This document shows, piece after piece, positions 1 to 13,869 of a stretch of DNA of 64,000 nt. The stretch lies in NCBI RefSeq assembly GCF_006345805.1, contig NC_043015.1, positions 34,782,001 to 34,846,000 of the forward strand. Reading direction: 5' to 3'. This DNA comes from Octopus sinensis (lineage: Eukaryota). The translations under genes and the position numbers were made by a program. Every line of letters starts with the position of its first letter. Position 1 is the first letter of the stretch. The notes under the pieces are model-generated. The model was not told the origin of the DNA and did no database searches. It saw only the letters and a program-made list of their open reading frames with translations.

Positions 1-276
1 AAGACACGCACAGGTAGATATACATATGCATATAATATATATGTGTGTGCGTGTGTGTGTATAAAAAGTAACAAACTGAGGAAAAGAAATCTTTCAAAGG
101 GATGTTAAACATCCAACTCACTGGTACGTCAATTGGATACCAGATAAATATTGGTATAATTCAATTATAAAGATAAATTAAATATAGAGAGATACTATTG
201 ACAATCCAATGATTTATTTATATTACAATATTACATTAAATACTATGAATATAATATAACATAATACTAAATAACA

Positions 277-347
277 TAAAGCATGAAAGGCCAACAAATT
301 GTTTCGACTTATATATATAATCACAGTCACTTTAGGGTCATGCTTTA
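277..347 (-). ncRNA. Type I hammerhead-like motif, non-canonical core (left arm, copy 1)
   Basis: Minus strand: UAAAGCAUGA CC CUAAAGU GACU-(15 nt)-AGUC GAAA CAAUUUG U U GG CCUU UCAUGCUUUA; stems I, II and III all pair; core differs from CUGANGA at G5 and A9. Confidence 0.45.
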
Positions 348-655
348 GAAAAAGACGAAATTCCGTGTGAAAGGATGGCTGGATTGTAAAAATTAATTCA
401 AATGTCTATGTCTTTTGAGCGTTAACTATTCAATTATACATCAATTGGTGTGTGTTTGAGATGCTGTGTGTGAATTTCGATGGTTGTGGATTGCACCTAC
501 TTGACTGTATCGTCTGTCAAGGTGTTTTTGTTGGGGTTTTTTTAATTGTAATTGATGTGTGATTAAATAGTTAACGCTCACGCTAATCATACACAGACAT
601 TTGAATTAATTTTTACTATCCAGCCGTCCTTTCACACGGAACTTCATCTTTTTCT

Positions 656-755
656 AAACCATGAACCTGAAGTAACTTTATATATAATGGAGCTGTGATT
701 ATGTATATCAGAAAAATATATAAAGTCGAAACGGTTTGTTGGCCTTTTATGGTTT
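656..755 (+). ncRNA. Type I hammerhead-like motif, non-canonical core (right arm, copy 1)
   Basis: AAACCAUGA AC CUGAAGU AACUUUAUAUAU-(30 nt)-AUAUAUAAAGUC GAAA CGGUUUG U U GG CCUU UUAUGGUUU; 11-bp stem II, 9-bp distal stem I; A9 replaced by U. Confidence 0.5.
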
Positions 756-901
756 TTATAATTATTTATGTTATATATTATTATGTCATGTTATATTATA
801 TTCATAGCATTTAATAGTATTAATTATTGGATTGTCAATAGCATATCTCTATATTTAATTTATCTTTCTATATATACATACATATATATATAGAGAGAGA
901 G

Positions 902-1001
<100 letters not shown>

Positions 1002-1014
1002 TTTATCCTTATAG

Positions 1015-1056
<42 letters not shown>

Positions 1057-1061
1057 TATAT

Positions 1062-1250
1062 ATTCTTTTATTCTTTTACTTATTTCAGTCATGTGACTGC
1101 GGACATGCAAGAGCACCACATTTTAGTCGAAAAAATCGACGCCAGGCCTTATTTTTTTTAATCTGGTACTAAGTTACGGGGACATAAATACACCAACACC
1201 GGTTGTGATGCAGTGATGGAGAGACAAACATAGACACAAAGACACGCACA
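1062..1250 (-). mobile_element. 3' half of octopod-type SINE (family A, as at 27681)
   Basis: Reverse complement matches the 3' part of 27681-28053 (cgcttgacaacc...gttggtgtgtttacg..ccgtaac...gactgaaa..aaaagaataaaa). Confidence 0.75.
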
Positions 1251-1406
1251 GGTAGATATACATATGCATATAATATATATGTGTGTGCGTGTGTGTGTAT
1301 AAAAAGTAACAAACTGAGGAAAAGAAATCTTTCAAAGGGATGTTAAACATCCAACTCACTGGTACGTCAATTGGATACCAGATAAATATTGGTATAATTC
1401 AATTAT

Positions 1407-2105
1407 AAAGATAAATTAAATATAGAGAGATACTATTGACAATCCAATGATTTATTTATATTACAATATTACATTAAATACTATGAATATAATATAACAT
1501 AATACTAAATAACATAAAGCATGAAAGGCCAACAAATTGTTTCGACTTATATATATAATCACAGTCACTTTAGGGTCATGCTTTAGAAAAAGACGAAATT
1601 CCGTGTGAAAGGATGGCTGGATTGTAAAAATTAATTCAAATGTCTATGTCTTTTGAGCGTTAACTATTCAATTATACATCAATTGGTGTGTGTTTGAGAT
1701 GCTGTGTGTGAATTTCGATGGTTGTGGATTGCACCTACTTGACTGTATCGTCTGTCAAGGTGTTTTTGTTGGGGTTTTTTTAATTGTAATTGATGTGTGA
1801 TTAAATAGTTAACGCTCACGCTAATCATACACAGACATTTGAATTAATTTTTACTATCCAGCCGTCCTTTCACACGGAACTTCATCTTTTTCTAAACCAT
1901 GAACCTGAAGTAACTTTATATATAATGGAGCTGTGATTATGTATATCAGAAAAATATATAAAGTCGAAACGGTTTGTTGGCCTTTTATGGTTTTTATAAT
2001 TATTTATGTTATATATTATTATGTCATGTTATATTATATTCATAGCATTTAATAGTATTAATTATTGGATTGTCAATAGCATATCTCTATATTCAATTTA
2101 TCTTT
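1407..2105. mobile_element. Foldback element, copy 2 (hammerhead-like motifs at 1515-1585 minus and 1894-1993 plus)
   Basis: Duplicate of 169-867 at offset 1238. Confidence 0.8.
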
Positions 2106-2139
2106 CTATATATACATACATATATATATAGAGAGAGAG

Positions 2140-2309
<170 letters not shown>

Positions 2310-2419
2310 ATAAGAATTTATCAAGTAGTTAGCGTGAAAAACCAGTTAAGCGAAAAATTTATACAAAATATATAGTTAATTTATTCCCTTTTAAATACAT
2401 TTATTATATTAAGAGCATT

Positions 2420-3170
2420 ACTACACGTAAATTGCTCACGCTATAAGGAACTCTTGTACGACTCTCTATTCCGATTGCATTGTGCTGCTTTGTGGGTGAC
2501 ATCGTTGGTGTTCATTTCACAGAGTCTGCATTAGTTACCGCATCTTGTTATTATACTTACATGACTATCCCATTTGTGCATCGAGTTTTCGATAATGTCC
2601 TGTTCCTGGATTGAATAAAGCATACTCTTCACAATGAGAGATAGTATACCTTTCCTTGGTTATCTATCGTATTGTCACTTTGAAGTCTTCTAAGAACACT
2701 GCCTTCTGTTGATGGGCAAAAGAATCTTATCTGATGTTCTCTTAGGGCAAAACTGTGCAATTTCTTTGGATGTGTACTCTTAATCATCAGTCTGAGAATA
2801 CTTCCTGAGAAGCTCTTTATCAACTCTCATGATGTTGCTTGTTTCATGTAAGCACACTTGGTTCATGGATGTGCTTCAGCACTTGGTAGTTAGAAGACGT
2901 TTTCGAAGAGAAATGCTAATTCATCAAAAAGTGATTTGAATTGAGATTTAGTCTCTATCTCCTCGTATTCCTTTAGGTAGAGTCTGTCTATATCACGGGT
3001 AATGTGGAAATGTCTTCTGGTGGCGTTTAATAGCTTTCAATGGCCTAAATCTCATCTAGTATCCATTCGAGATGCTCGCACAGAAAATGCAATTCATGTC
3101 AATGATTTATTGTATATAACGAATTCTAAGGAACACGTTTTTTTTTTTTATTTTGGTGTAATATTCTTCT
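2420..3170 (-). mobile_element. Degenerate R4/Dong-like non-LTR retrotransposon ORF fragment (RT thumb to CCHC knuckle)
   Basis: Frameshifted translation contains HFHITRDIDRLYLK, RKRLLTTKC, QVCLHETSNIMRV, IQEQDI and CRLCEMNTNDVTH; same family as 57595-58210. Confidence 0.65.
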
Positions 3171-3631
3171 TTATACGTTCCTTCTTACAAATGTTTTCAT
3201 AAGACACTAGAAAAACTGTCAGACCAGTGATAGACAGGATAGTAGTTCTCCCTCGTTTTATAATCATGTAGGAATATTTAACATACCAAACACTCTTCCT
3301 ATAATATTTGAGAATGTAAACCAGACCAAGGCTTTTTACATAATTTTAGCCTTCACTTAAAAGACGTATGTAAAGTAATTATGACATTATTTGGGATATC
3401 TGTTTTCTTCTACACTTTAGATTACCTCAACAGAAAGGTGAAGGGATCCACTATAACTATAAACAACATCTTTAAAACATACAATTGTAATACTATGTTA
3501 CAAGTGAAATAACAATCACTTCTGTACGTAAATTTTGGATAGTAGTTCACTTCACTTCTTTATTGTTAATTAATTAATTAACAATAAAAATATGAACTTC
3601 AGCCAGTGCAAGTGTGTGCGAGCACGCATGT

Positions 3632-3707
<76 letters not shown>

Positions 3708-6248
3708 TAGTTTTTGTTGTTGTTAATGATTATTTTAATCATCAACCATAAAGCTTTTTTTCTTTATCACATAAAATCTTCTATAAGGCAACTACTTCCT
3801 CTCATTATTTGTTATCAGTTAGATGTTGTAATCTCTCGTAAAGCACAATTTCTTATCTCTCGACCATCTCTTGAGCTATATGCAGCTGTTTTAAACTTTA
3901 CGTAATGGACAACTGTGATTTTCTCATCGATATTGGAGTTGACCCCAGGCTGGTATGTAATTAATTATCTATTAACTACACCTATCTTTAGAAAACGTTC
4001 AATTTGAAGATTATTTCCTTTTAAAATCATACCTGGTATAGATGATGAGCTAGATTTGAAATTTTCCATAGACCATGGATTTTTATCAGTTTTGAAAGCT
4101 ACATCTGCTTTAGGTCCACAAAGAAGCGAATGATTCCATGCAAACTATCTCAACGATAGCACAAGAGATGTTGTTGTACATTCCTAATACAACCTTGATA
4201 GAGCAGACCTAAAGCAAATATATAATCGACTGAGCGATTAGGAGTATCTCGAACAACCAGGGGAATGGGTTCGACATTGAAATAAATTAGTTCTATGGTT
4301 ACCATAATGGTATGGTTCTCAAATCAAGATCAAACGAATGAAAAAAGGATTTGTAATTAGGCACGGTTAAGTTTACGTGATATTATGCAATAATTTAGTC
4401 TTGTTAGTTAACCAAAACATTGCTTTACCCTTCAAAACAAAATCAACAAATGAACAAATCCTATGCTGTGATTATCAGATAATCGGGAGGAGTAAATGTT
4501 TCTTGTCAACAGAAGCGGAAGAATAAAGCATCGGGGCGAATGAAAAGAAATCGGAAAGTTGAATGGAGCAGAATCTCTGTCGCTTCACGTTGCCATTCAT
4601 TGATTGAAAAAAAAAAACAATCGATGTGTAGAATCATTGTTTTATAACAGTTGTGTTGCATAGGTTTTTGCATGATGTTGCGTGACACAACCCGACTGTT
4701 TACGTGACAAAGACTATTCAGCATGGCTGCCGTTTCAATAAAGTCAAGTTTGCTTCCTCTCATTGACAACATAATAATGGTGCTGAAGACAGAATTTGAA
4801 GAATTAGTTCTGTCTGATCTTGATTTGACTGAAACCTGATTAAGATACCTTCACCAATAGTGAGGAGATTAAAAAAAAACACTTCAAGGACTCTGCGGAC
4901 AGAAAAGAAATAACCGATATCTTCGTCATCAAAGTAGAAATTGAGAACATTAAAAGAGTTTTTGCGATAGAGTACCCGAAAGTGTTGGATGAGATGAACA
5001 CTGTAGATGTAAAAGAGATTATAATGTCTTCAGTAAGACCGAAGAAACTAATATTTGTTGAAAGGAAACACTTTCTGGCTCTAAAGCAGATGTCACCAGG
5101 ACCAATACACCGATATTATGGAAGACTGTTGAGTTGAAAACAGAAGAACAATTTGCTGAAGATAACCTGATACAAATACAATTGATGAACTATTAAAATT
5201 AGCACATCTCTAAAATATCAAAACAGATGCTGTTTCAGGAAATGCTAATGCCCGATTATTGTAGACGTATTCAGTAGTTTGAAATGATTAATATTATTTT
5301 GGATCCTCAATTAAAAATGATCGGAAGCTAAAAAAATTACGTTTCATTGTCGATAAGATATGTCTAAAAAAAATTCGAATATAAGTCTGGGACTATATCC
5401 ATATTATGGGAAATTGTCCAACATTTGGGAAGATATCCTACATTTGGGAAGGTATCCGTAAGAAAATGAACCTTTTGCAAATTCTCTGGTAGTTTTCTAG
5501 GAAGGAATTCAACTCACTGACACCAGCTCAACAATGTTGAAGCAAAGATGCATGTAGACACTATAAGCGATTTCAAGATTATCTCAAGGAACATCTAGAC
5601 GAAAGTAAGGTCTTTTAATCAGGAATCTTGCAATACCAGGCTCAAACAGATTGGCAATTTGGTTATTAAGTTGTTGGGAAAGTCTGAAACCATAATGAAG
5701 ACGGAAAGTAGAAAATATTTAGTTTCTGTAATTGACTCTGATATAAAACAAAAAGCAGCTTTATTTAAATGAATGTGTCGAGACGTAACAGTACGTCGCT
5801 TAGTCATCATACATAATATGACTATAACGGGTACTGATTTGGTTATAGAGTTGAAATAAAGTTTTAAAATAACACCAAACTTCCAAAACATATTTATATT
5901 CTTGCTGTAGTAAAATTATAGAAAATGCTAAGAAATAACTTAATGGAAAGAGTTGAATCAGGAGGAACTGATCGTAAGCCATTAGAGTTAAAATTCAATT
6001 CCAGAAAAGAACTGCCAAGAGTAACATCTGCTAGAATATGGCAACGGTCAACCCAGTGAGTTGCTATTAAGTATGAAATTTTATAGATTTAAAGCAAAAC
6101 AATTCCCTATTTTGATACTCTATCTTAAATTAAATGCGATGAACCAATAAAGTCTGGCGAAATCGCAATAAAAGTTTCATTTATTTATTGGATGGAAGTA
6201 GTTTCACTGACAATAGATAAATTACAGGCTAAAACAGTGAATGATGAA

Positions 6249-6620
6249 TCTCTCTATATATAAACGGCAGTTTGTCTGTGCGTGTTTCTGTGTGTCTGTT
6301 TGCTTGTACCCTCACCCTGACCACGGCTTTCAACCGATTCTGATGAAACTTGACACACACATAGCCCAATGTCATAATTCAAAACTAACGCAGCGAAAAT
6401 TTTGAAAAGTTCCCCCAGTTCTGAAAAAAATTGATAAATTCGACATGGGGTCGAGAATCAGAAACACAAACCGCAAACTGTCTAGGGGACGCAACTCCAC
6501 CTTTTTTACTCTAAAAAAAAATTTACCATCATTTTTTCCCATTTTTTGGCTATAACTCTCTAAAAATGCTTTATAGTTATTTCCCTTACAAACCTGAGCA
6601 ACGCCGGGCGATACTGCTAG
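6249..6620 (+). mobile_element. Non-autonomous Helitron inserted in the Gypsy remnant
   Basis: 5'-TC (TCTCTCTATATATAA), 3'-CTAG, subterminal GC palindrome CGCCGGGCG, inserted between A(6248) and T(6621), no TSD. Confidence 0.8.
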
Positions 6621-7246
6621 TTTTTCTCTAAAATTGTTAATCGAATCAAAACGGATAATTTGTTCAGAAAGTGAAAATTCCTAGAAAGTATTTAGACAAA
6701 TGGTTCATTGTTGATAATGAAATTGTTTGCAATGAGATCGTTGTTGTTGTTTCTGCCGTGTTCTGAGAAATTTTAATAAAAGCTGTATATGATAACATCT
6801 ATTATGAAGTTACAGCTAATAGAAATAGTCTGTAACTAGATGCATGGTGACCTGGTTGTGGTAATTATGTCAGCCCTACCAGATTAAACCCATACTAAAA
6901 GTTATTCAGCATATTTGGGCAGATGAAGAAAAGCAATGGTTAACGTCTACAATCATGGTTATGTTGATGCATTTTCTAGTTGACCAGGAGTCATTCAAGT
7001 TTAATAAGATGTCTGCTAAAACAGTGACCAATGTTTTGACAATCATGTTTGCTAGGAAGGAAGTTCCACATATATTGGTTTCTGGTAATACAACAATGTT
7101 CTGTGATAAGACATTATAAGAGTGACTTAAGACAAGATATAAATCTTTTAAAATGGCACTCTACAATTCGGTATTTAATGGTCGAGTGATACAGACTGTT
7201 AAAATGAGAATTAAAACTTTTTCTAAACATTTAGGATCCTTTAGTG

Positions 7247-7443
7247 CAATATTTCTCAACCATTTTTTGCGCATGGACTCCTTTTGATTCCTATTTTACT
7301 CGCGTGGACCTCAGTAGCCATTCGATGTTTTAAAAATATCTTATATATTGTAGAAATATAACCAATTTATTGCACCTAAAATTTAACAACAAAATCTTAC
7401 ATGGATCAACAAGGGCCATATGGACCCCGGTTAAGAACCACTG
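7247..7443. mobile_element. hAT (Buster/Charlie-type) MITE
   Basis: TIRs caatatttctcaacc / ggttaagaaccactg; flanking 8-mers ctttagtg / ctataatg (6/8, nnnTAnnn); same family as 44707-44960. Confidence 0.75.
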
Positions 7444-8711
7444 CTATAATGGCTATTTATCAAGACATCTACTAAATTACTGATGGACTTCCATACTGGA
7501 AGGAAGCGAACGCCTGCAGCGTTGACGATGAACCAGATAAGAACATCTTTTATGAGGTTGCTATTGATGCTCCTCTGTGGTTTGTTTCTAAACTCGGGAT
7601 AATACCTGACAAAGCTCGATATCTAAAACAGAATGGAAGAAATTCGTCAATGGTGCAAACAAAACGAGAGAACAGATCAAATAAGAAAAAAAAACAATCT
7701 GAGGACGAGGAAGAAATCTGAAACCTGAAGCAAGACCAAGTTCACGTGATCAGAAGACGGACTTGCAACGATCGATTGTTGAAAAATACCGTCACCAAAT
7801 GAAGTTAATGTTATGTCCAGTTCTTGGTAATTTTACATAAAGTAAAAGGGTGAACAGGGAAGTTTCATCGTAAACTATATGTTTAGGAGATGCAGTATCG
7901 ACGTTTCACAGCAGAAGTGGTTGCATGCGTTTTGCATGACCCAAACCGATGGTGACGTAATGGAAATTATTTCAAATGACTTCCTGTTTCAGTAAAATCA
8001 ATTTTGCTTCCTCTCATTGGCGGCATAATACAATAAAATAGGTTTGTATTCAATAGAGCTGAATATTACCTTATTCTTAAAGATGCTTATTTAGCTTCAG
8101 TTTAGCTACAATTCTATTGTGCGATGTTAACGTCTTCAGCTCGTCATTAACAGTTCTAACACTAATGCCACAATAACAAGAAAGCCAATCAGATGTCATC
8201 GCTATAACAAGAGAGATGCTACAATATTCGTACCACTATGACATTGAAATTAATCTGATATCGTTACGACGTAATACAATGACATTAATGCCGACAACAG
8301 CTACTTGTCATGACAATAGTCCCGCTTAGATTACTAGAGTTAACCAGATGCCGTCGTTAATATAAGAAATACAGTTTCAGGTGATAAATATAGGTTAATA
8401 TATCGCCGTGTGTGTATGTATAAAGACTTCAACTACTATTTTCTTCTTTCAGGAAATCATTTTCATTTACCACGTCGCAATCTTTATGAGAAATAGAAGT
8501 CAACCACCGCTCATAAAGTTATTTAATCTGGAGTGTCATGGCATTTTTAATTCATACCAAACATGAAAAATGTTAGTTTTCAACAGATGTAGTTGCCACA
8601 AGAAGAAGGAGACAGCTAATGCCATAGACTGGTGCTGTAAGCGTTGGCTGACTTATTATAGTTGATATAACAAACTTCAACCTTAAACCAGAGTCACTCA
8701 CCTGTCTAGAC

Positions 8712-11150
8712 CAGTGGTACTCTAATTTTTCAAAAAAATTTACATGCCAGTTCCCTTACAGTTTTTTTTTTCGATGATTCGCGGTCCCCTATAACATACA
8801 AGATAGTTAACTTCGAAAAAAAGATGGCATGCATTCGTATATCGTATTTTCCGAACTATGAACCGCACTGCTCATAGACCTACAACCCCAAAAGTCAAAA
8901 CCTAATCTACGCAACACCCCACTGGGATACAATAAACGCACACGAAAGTATGGGGAATCAGTTGATCAATTGGTTAAATAACAAATGAGAAACGAAAACA
9001 ATCCGAAAATGTCCCGAGCATCCTGTATTTAACAACTGTGTAAGACCCAATTATGTCCATTTAACAGACAGAAACTGCGGCTCATGCACCGAAAACTATG
9101 GTACATATACGTACATAACAGGGGTTCTCGAGGTTTTGGCATCACCTTCCTCTTTTGCCATGTTTTGGAATGCTATTCCTCCCCATTGGCAGATCATTCC
9201 TCATATTCATTATCCAAGAGGCGCATTTCAACCAATTTAGCTATTTTCAGCCGAAGAACTATAATAGCTTCCTAGTAAGTGGTCCAAGTGGCAGAAAGTT
9301 CTCTACATTTTAGAATGCTATTATAATGCACGGAAAACGACAATTCTAGTAGAAACACCGTCTTCTCCCCCTCCCCTGAAGGTTTGCCTTCCCTTCTCCT
9401 GAGTCACTGATACATGACATCAACAACAGAATTATGTAAGAAATTATTTATTTACAAATACGGCCAATCTGTTATTTTATTTACAACAAAGTTCGGGGTA
9501 ATGGATGTACCTGCTTTGCAGTAACCAACTCTTTTATGTTCGGCTCTGTTTTGGAGAGAGCAACCTACATTTCTGGTGTGACACCAATTCGATTTCCAAC
9601 CATAAATGGTTGGAAATGGCATCAGTACTCTAAGAGCCATCTTTGCAACATCAGGATATGACCGTACCATTTCAATCCAAAAGTCAGAACAGCACATTTC
9701 ACGGTAAATCTATTTTACATCTTCATCATTGACCAAATCATTAACAGCTTTTGAATTAAATTGTCTTCTGTAGGCTGGTAGCTGACAGAGTACAAAGGGG
9801 TCCTGTTAAAGCGGCAGTATTTGTCAAAGTCACGAAGATCAGGAAAATAAAAAGATATTTCTCCGCCAAATATTGATACGTATTGTTTTATGCATTCAAC
9901 GATATTGTCATCGACTCGAAGCTCGTTTTCATCAATGACTATGTTTAGTTGAGAATACGATGCAAAGTTCATTCTATCCAACTTTGAGTGCCAACGTTTA
10001 AGCTTAATTTTGAGAGCAGTTAGTTTTTCATGAGAATGAAGCATGGTTATATCTTTCCCTTGCAGTGAAAGATTGACGGTATTCACTGACTCCAGTATGG
10101 CCACTAAAAATGCCAGGCATATCGAAAAATGAACATCGGAGGATTTGGTGTGCAAATCTGGCTTTGCATCTTGTAAGAAACTGTGGGTTTCTCTTCGCAG
10201 AAGGAAGACCCTCTTCATTGTTTTTCCTCTCAAAAGCCATCTCACTTGTGAGTGCAACAGAAGCGTTTTGAACTCACAATCACTTTCTTTGCACAACTCG
10301 GCAAACAGACGGGAGTTGAGTGTGTTCGCTTTGATGAAGTTCACCGCGGTTTCAGAACATTTTTTAACTCATCAGGCATTGTTTTCACAATTAGTGCTTG
10401 TTGATGAATTGTGCAGTGTGTATCAATAGCACCTGGGGATTTTTCTTTCACCAAAGTTTGAAAACCGGAACAGCAACCAACCATCGCCGGAGCGCCGTCG
10501 GTGCACACGCAAATGACATACTCCCAGTTGATATCATGAACCTCAAAAGATTTGTCCACTTTGTTAAATATTTCCCTTGCGATTGTTTTGGTGTTGAGGG
10601 TTTCGCAAAACAGGAATTCGTCTTCCAGGTGATTGTTAAATACATAACGTAGACAGACGCAAAGGTGGGTCACGTTGGCAACATCCGTCGTTTCATCAAG
10701 CTGGATTGCAAAAAAGTTAAAAAGCGAATTGTGAATCTTCGAGACCAGCTGCGACAGAATGTTATCAGAAGGCTAATGGCATTCGCCTGCTTACAGTATC
10801 GTTTGAGAGAGAGACATGCTTCAGCTTCAGAAGTTCAGAACTTCCCAACACATTCGATATGATATCTTTGCAGCAAGGTAATATCAACTCTTCGCCGATA
10901 TCGTGGAGCTTTTTGGCAACAGCTATTTTCCTTGAAACCTCGTAGAATGCTAGCCGTAATATCCAGCGAAAGCATTTCTGAGTCATCAAGTCTGGATTTC
11001 GCCGTCTGAAGAAGTCGACATCTCTACTTATTGAACTAAGATGTTTCGCTTCAAAGTGCCACTTTTACTTGCTGGGCTTTAGTGAAGTAGACGCTAAAAC
11101 CACCTCAGAGCACAAAACCCGCCTCACCGGCGAAGCTAACCTCTTCTGTT
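8712..11150 (-). mobile_element. Buster/Charlie-type hAT transposon, transposase pseudogene
   Basis: BED-finger remnant (VLCSEV..SLKPSK..HFEAKH), SLSNDTVSRR, CTDGAPAM, HCTIHQQAL, LLLHSQVRWL, C-terminal ALRVLMPFPT; TIR CAGTGGTACTC at 8712 next to GTCTAGAC (nnnTAnnn); several frameshifts; other TIR not found. Confidence 0.9.
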
Positions 11151-11464
11151 AGTAATGTAATTACAAACTACATTCATTCTCGCATACCGACAAGAAACAA
11201 TATCAAAATTTAAATATTGTGAATTACTTCGATAACTATATTAAATAACGATGGTTTACATCGAAACCCATCCTAAAATTATGCCACAACGTATTAGTGC
11301 AGTCATTCTTGTCTTCACACGAAGCCTACCAAAATATCGTGAATTACCTACGAAGAATATGTGACTAAAGGTTTATAACCGTTCGAGAATTGACACGGAT
11401 TTTTTTTTCAATTTCATATTGATGTTAACATTGGTATAGAGTTTAGTAATATTGAGGATTACAA

Positions 11465-11670
11465 AGGCAGCGTCGTCCTGGCAGAGATCGCTAAAAAGGG
11501 CCGAGCGAAATTTCTAGCGGAATCTCGTCCGTCTTTACGTTCTGAATTCGAATTCCGCAGGACTGAGTTTGCCATTTGGGGTCAATAAGATAAGTACCAG
11601 TGGAGCACTGCAGTCGATCGAATTAACTCAGCCCATCTTCTAAAATTGCTGCCCCTGTTCCAAAATTTGG
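11465..11670 (+). mobile_element. tRNA-derived SINE (family B, ggcggcgagctggcagaa-type), diverged
   Basis: Shares tacgttctga.ttc.aattcc...taagtaccag body with 15178, 36715, 38470 and 52535. Confidence 0.7.
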
Positions 11671-12721
11671 AACTACTTTGGGGGATTACTATTCACATTT
11701 TTCCCTTTTTTTTTCACTAAGATTCTCATTGAAAGATCAAAACAGAAGCAACAACTAGAAAAACCAGGGGTCAGATAAACCAAAACTTTTTCTCAAAAGA
11801 AAAATATATCTAAAACATTGAATCGCGTTCATCGTTTTATAATTGTTAATTAATATTTTTTTCTTATTCTTTATTTTGAAGATATAACTTTTAACCTATT
11901 GAATATTTAAGTCGAGGGAAAATGAAATAATGAACCACATTCATTCATCTTTAGATCAGATCCACTGCAGACATTTCGGATTTTCTATTTGGGTTGTCTA
12001 CATATTGTACACATAATTCTATAGACTTTGCTTCTCCCGCCTGTCGAGGGGTCAAGATCTTCTGGTTATCTCCCGTAAATCGGTGTCTTGTCGAGGAGTC
12101 AGATTTATTTCTCATTTTAGTAACTGCATCAAATATGTGCTAAAACATTAACAGTGGCATCTAAATGAATTCTCTTCATCCTAGAGTCGAAACCTCTCCA
12201 CTGCTTCTGCTTTAACAAAGCTTCCCTTTTCATCACGTCGAATATATAAATAAATACGTGTTGACTATTGATGATTAATAGTGAGGGTAGGGGAAATGGT
12301 CGAGGTTTTCACAGATTATTGACTGCATTATATCAATAACGTAAATACTGCTATACGAAAGCCCTAAATCAAATTTTAATGAATTGATTTCATGGAGTAA
12401 AAATAGGTTTGCTTGTTTAAAAAGACTGACATAAAAAAAAGACATTTCCAGTGTTTCTAATGGGTGATGAATATTAATGTGGTTAGGGAACTTTCCAATC
12501 AGAAATCCGAGCGAGTAACAGGTCGAACATATTTATCGACAATGACACTCTCGCTTGTTGGACCAGTTACCATTTATAATTCAAACATCATTCTTTTATT
12601 TTGTGTTAATTCCGACATCAACACAATAATGTTGATAGACTGGTATTGTACAGTACGACATTATGGTGGTGGTTGGCTTACAAGACCTAGCATGTAGCAG
12701 ACGAGCGAGAAGAGGAAGGAA

Positions 12722-12769
<48 letters not shown>

Positions 12770-13239
12770 TGCGCTCTCTACCTCACATCAGTCCATCAGT
12801 CAAATTGAAGGACTGTTTTGTGTTGGTGAATAATTGATGGAGTTATTACATCATGTTTGTCTACTACATGAACTTCTTCAAGGGAGAATAGTTAGGCTGG
12901 GGGAGACTCATTTCTCTTTCACCCGTAAGAGCGGGAAAACAATGTGTACGTGTGCATTGTATAGAGAAGCGTGGGTGGGTGTCACGGGGTTGGGGAAGAA
13001 ACATGGTTGCGATCTATTTAACAGAGTATGACTTGGACAAGTTGGTGTAGGTAAGCACTGACCTATACGGTTTCCCTCAACTTTCGCATCATTAGGAAGC
13101 GAATGAATTATACAAATAAATAATACAAAGCTTGAGCAAATAATGGCTTGAATTTCTGATTAATCATTTTCTTTTGTCTCGCTGAAAGAAAACAGCAAGC
13201 TCCCCAATGACACTGTTTAAAGGCATTATTAACTTGTAA

Positions 13240-13275
<36 letters not shown>

Positions 13276-13446
13276 ATATATATATATGAATACGTTTATG
13301 TATGATTGTCTCAAACAGATTTTTTAGGGTAGAATCTGGTGTAAACATACATACATACATACATACATACATACATGCACATAATACACACACATACATA
13401 CGCGCGCACACACATACATACGCGCACGCGCACACACACACACACA

Positions 13447-13477
<31 letters not shown>

Positions 13478-13869
13478 CATACGAAGAGAAATGCGTTTGT
13501 ACTCAGCAGCGAAAATAATATGAGATGAGTCGAAATATTCATGAGAAGATGCTCAGAGTATACAACTGTTCCATGTGAACCAAGGATAATTGACTAAGCA
13601 GCTTCAACAGAAGCTTAGAGGTGAAACACTCGTTATCTTAGTAGAAAATTATGCACTCGCACATGTCCCACATGTGACTAGCACATATCCCACATGTGAC
13701 AGAATGCCATCAGCATTAAGAGGAATATGCATGACAACAGAGAGAAGTGCTCAAGAAGCGACTCCGTTAATTGTCGGGACCTCATTTTAACTAACCTGAC
13801 CCTTGTAATATAATGTTTAAAATGGAGCAACTCTTGAATATGTGAATCGAGGATAAGAATCGGCGTAAT

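Larger units (their letters stand above)
169..867. mobile_element. Foldback element with ~280-320 bp imperfect inverted arms (Penelope pLTR-like/MITE-like), copy 1
   Basis: 169-446 is reverse-complementary to 550-867 (e.g. aaagataaattaaatatagag / ctctatatttaatttatcttt; ccgtgtgaaaggatggctgga / tccagccgtcctttcacacgg) around a ~100 bp spacer; TA-flanked; superfamily is inferred. Confidence 0.8.
4497..8032 (+). mobile_element. Decayed Gypsy-type LTR retrotransposon with remnant LTRs
   Basis: Integrase-like peptides at ~6960-7120 (VDAFSS*PGVIQV; MSAKTVTNVLTIMFARKEVPHILVSGNTTMF); ~4630-4776 is homologous to ~7905-8032 (ends ttgcttcctctcattg..cataataCA); PBS-like TGGTGCTGAAG at 4778-4788. Confidence 0.7.

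Noticed and set aside
11950-12230. Minus-strand CTICRQPK...VCSG resembling an R4-type zinc knuckle
   Set aside because: Too short and decayed to call without a search
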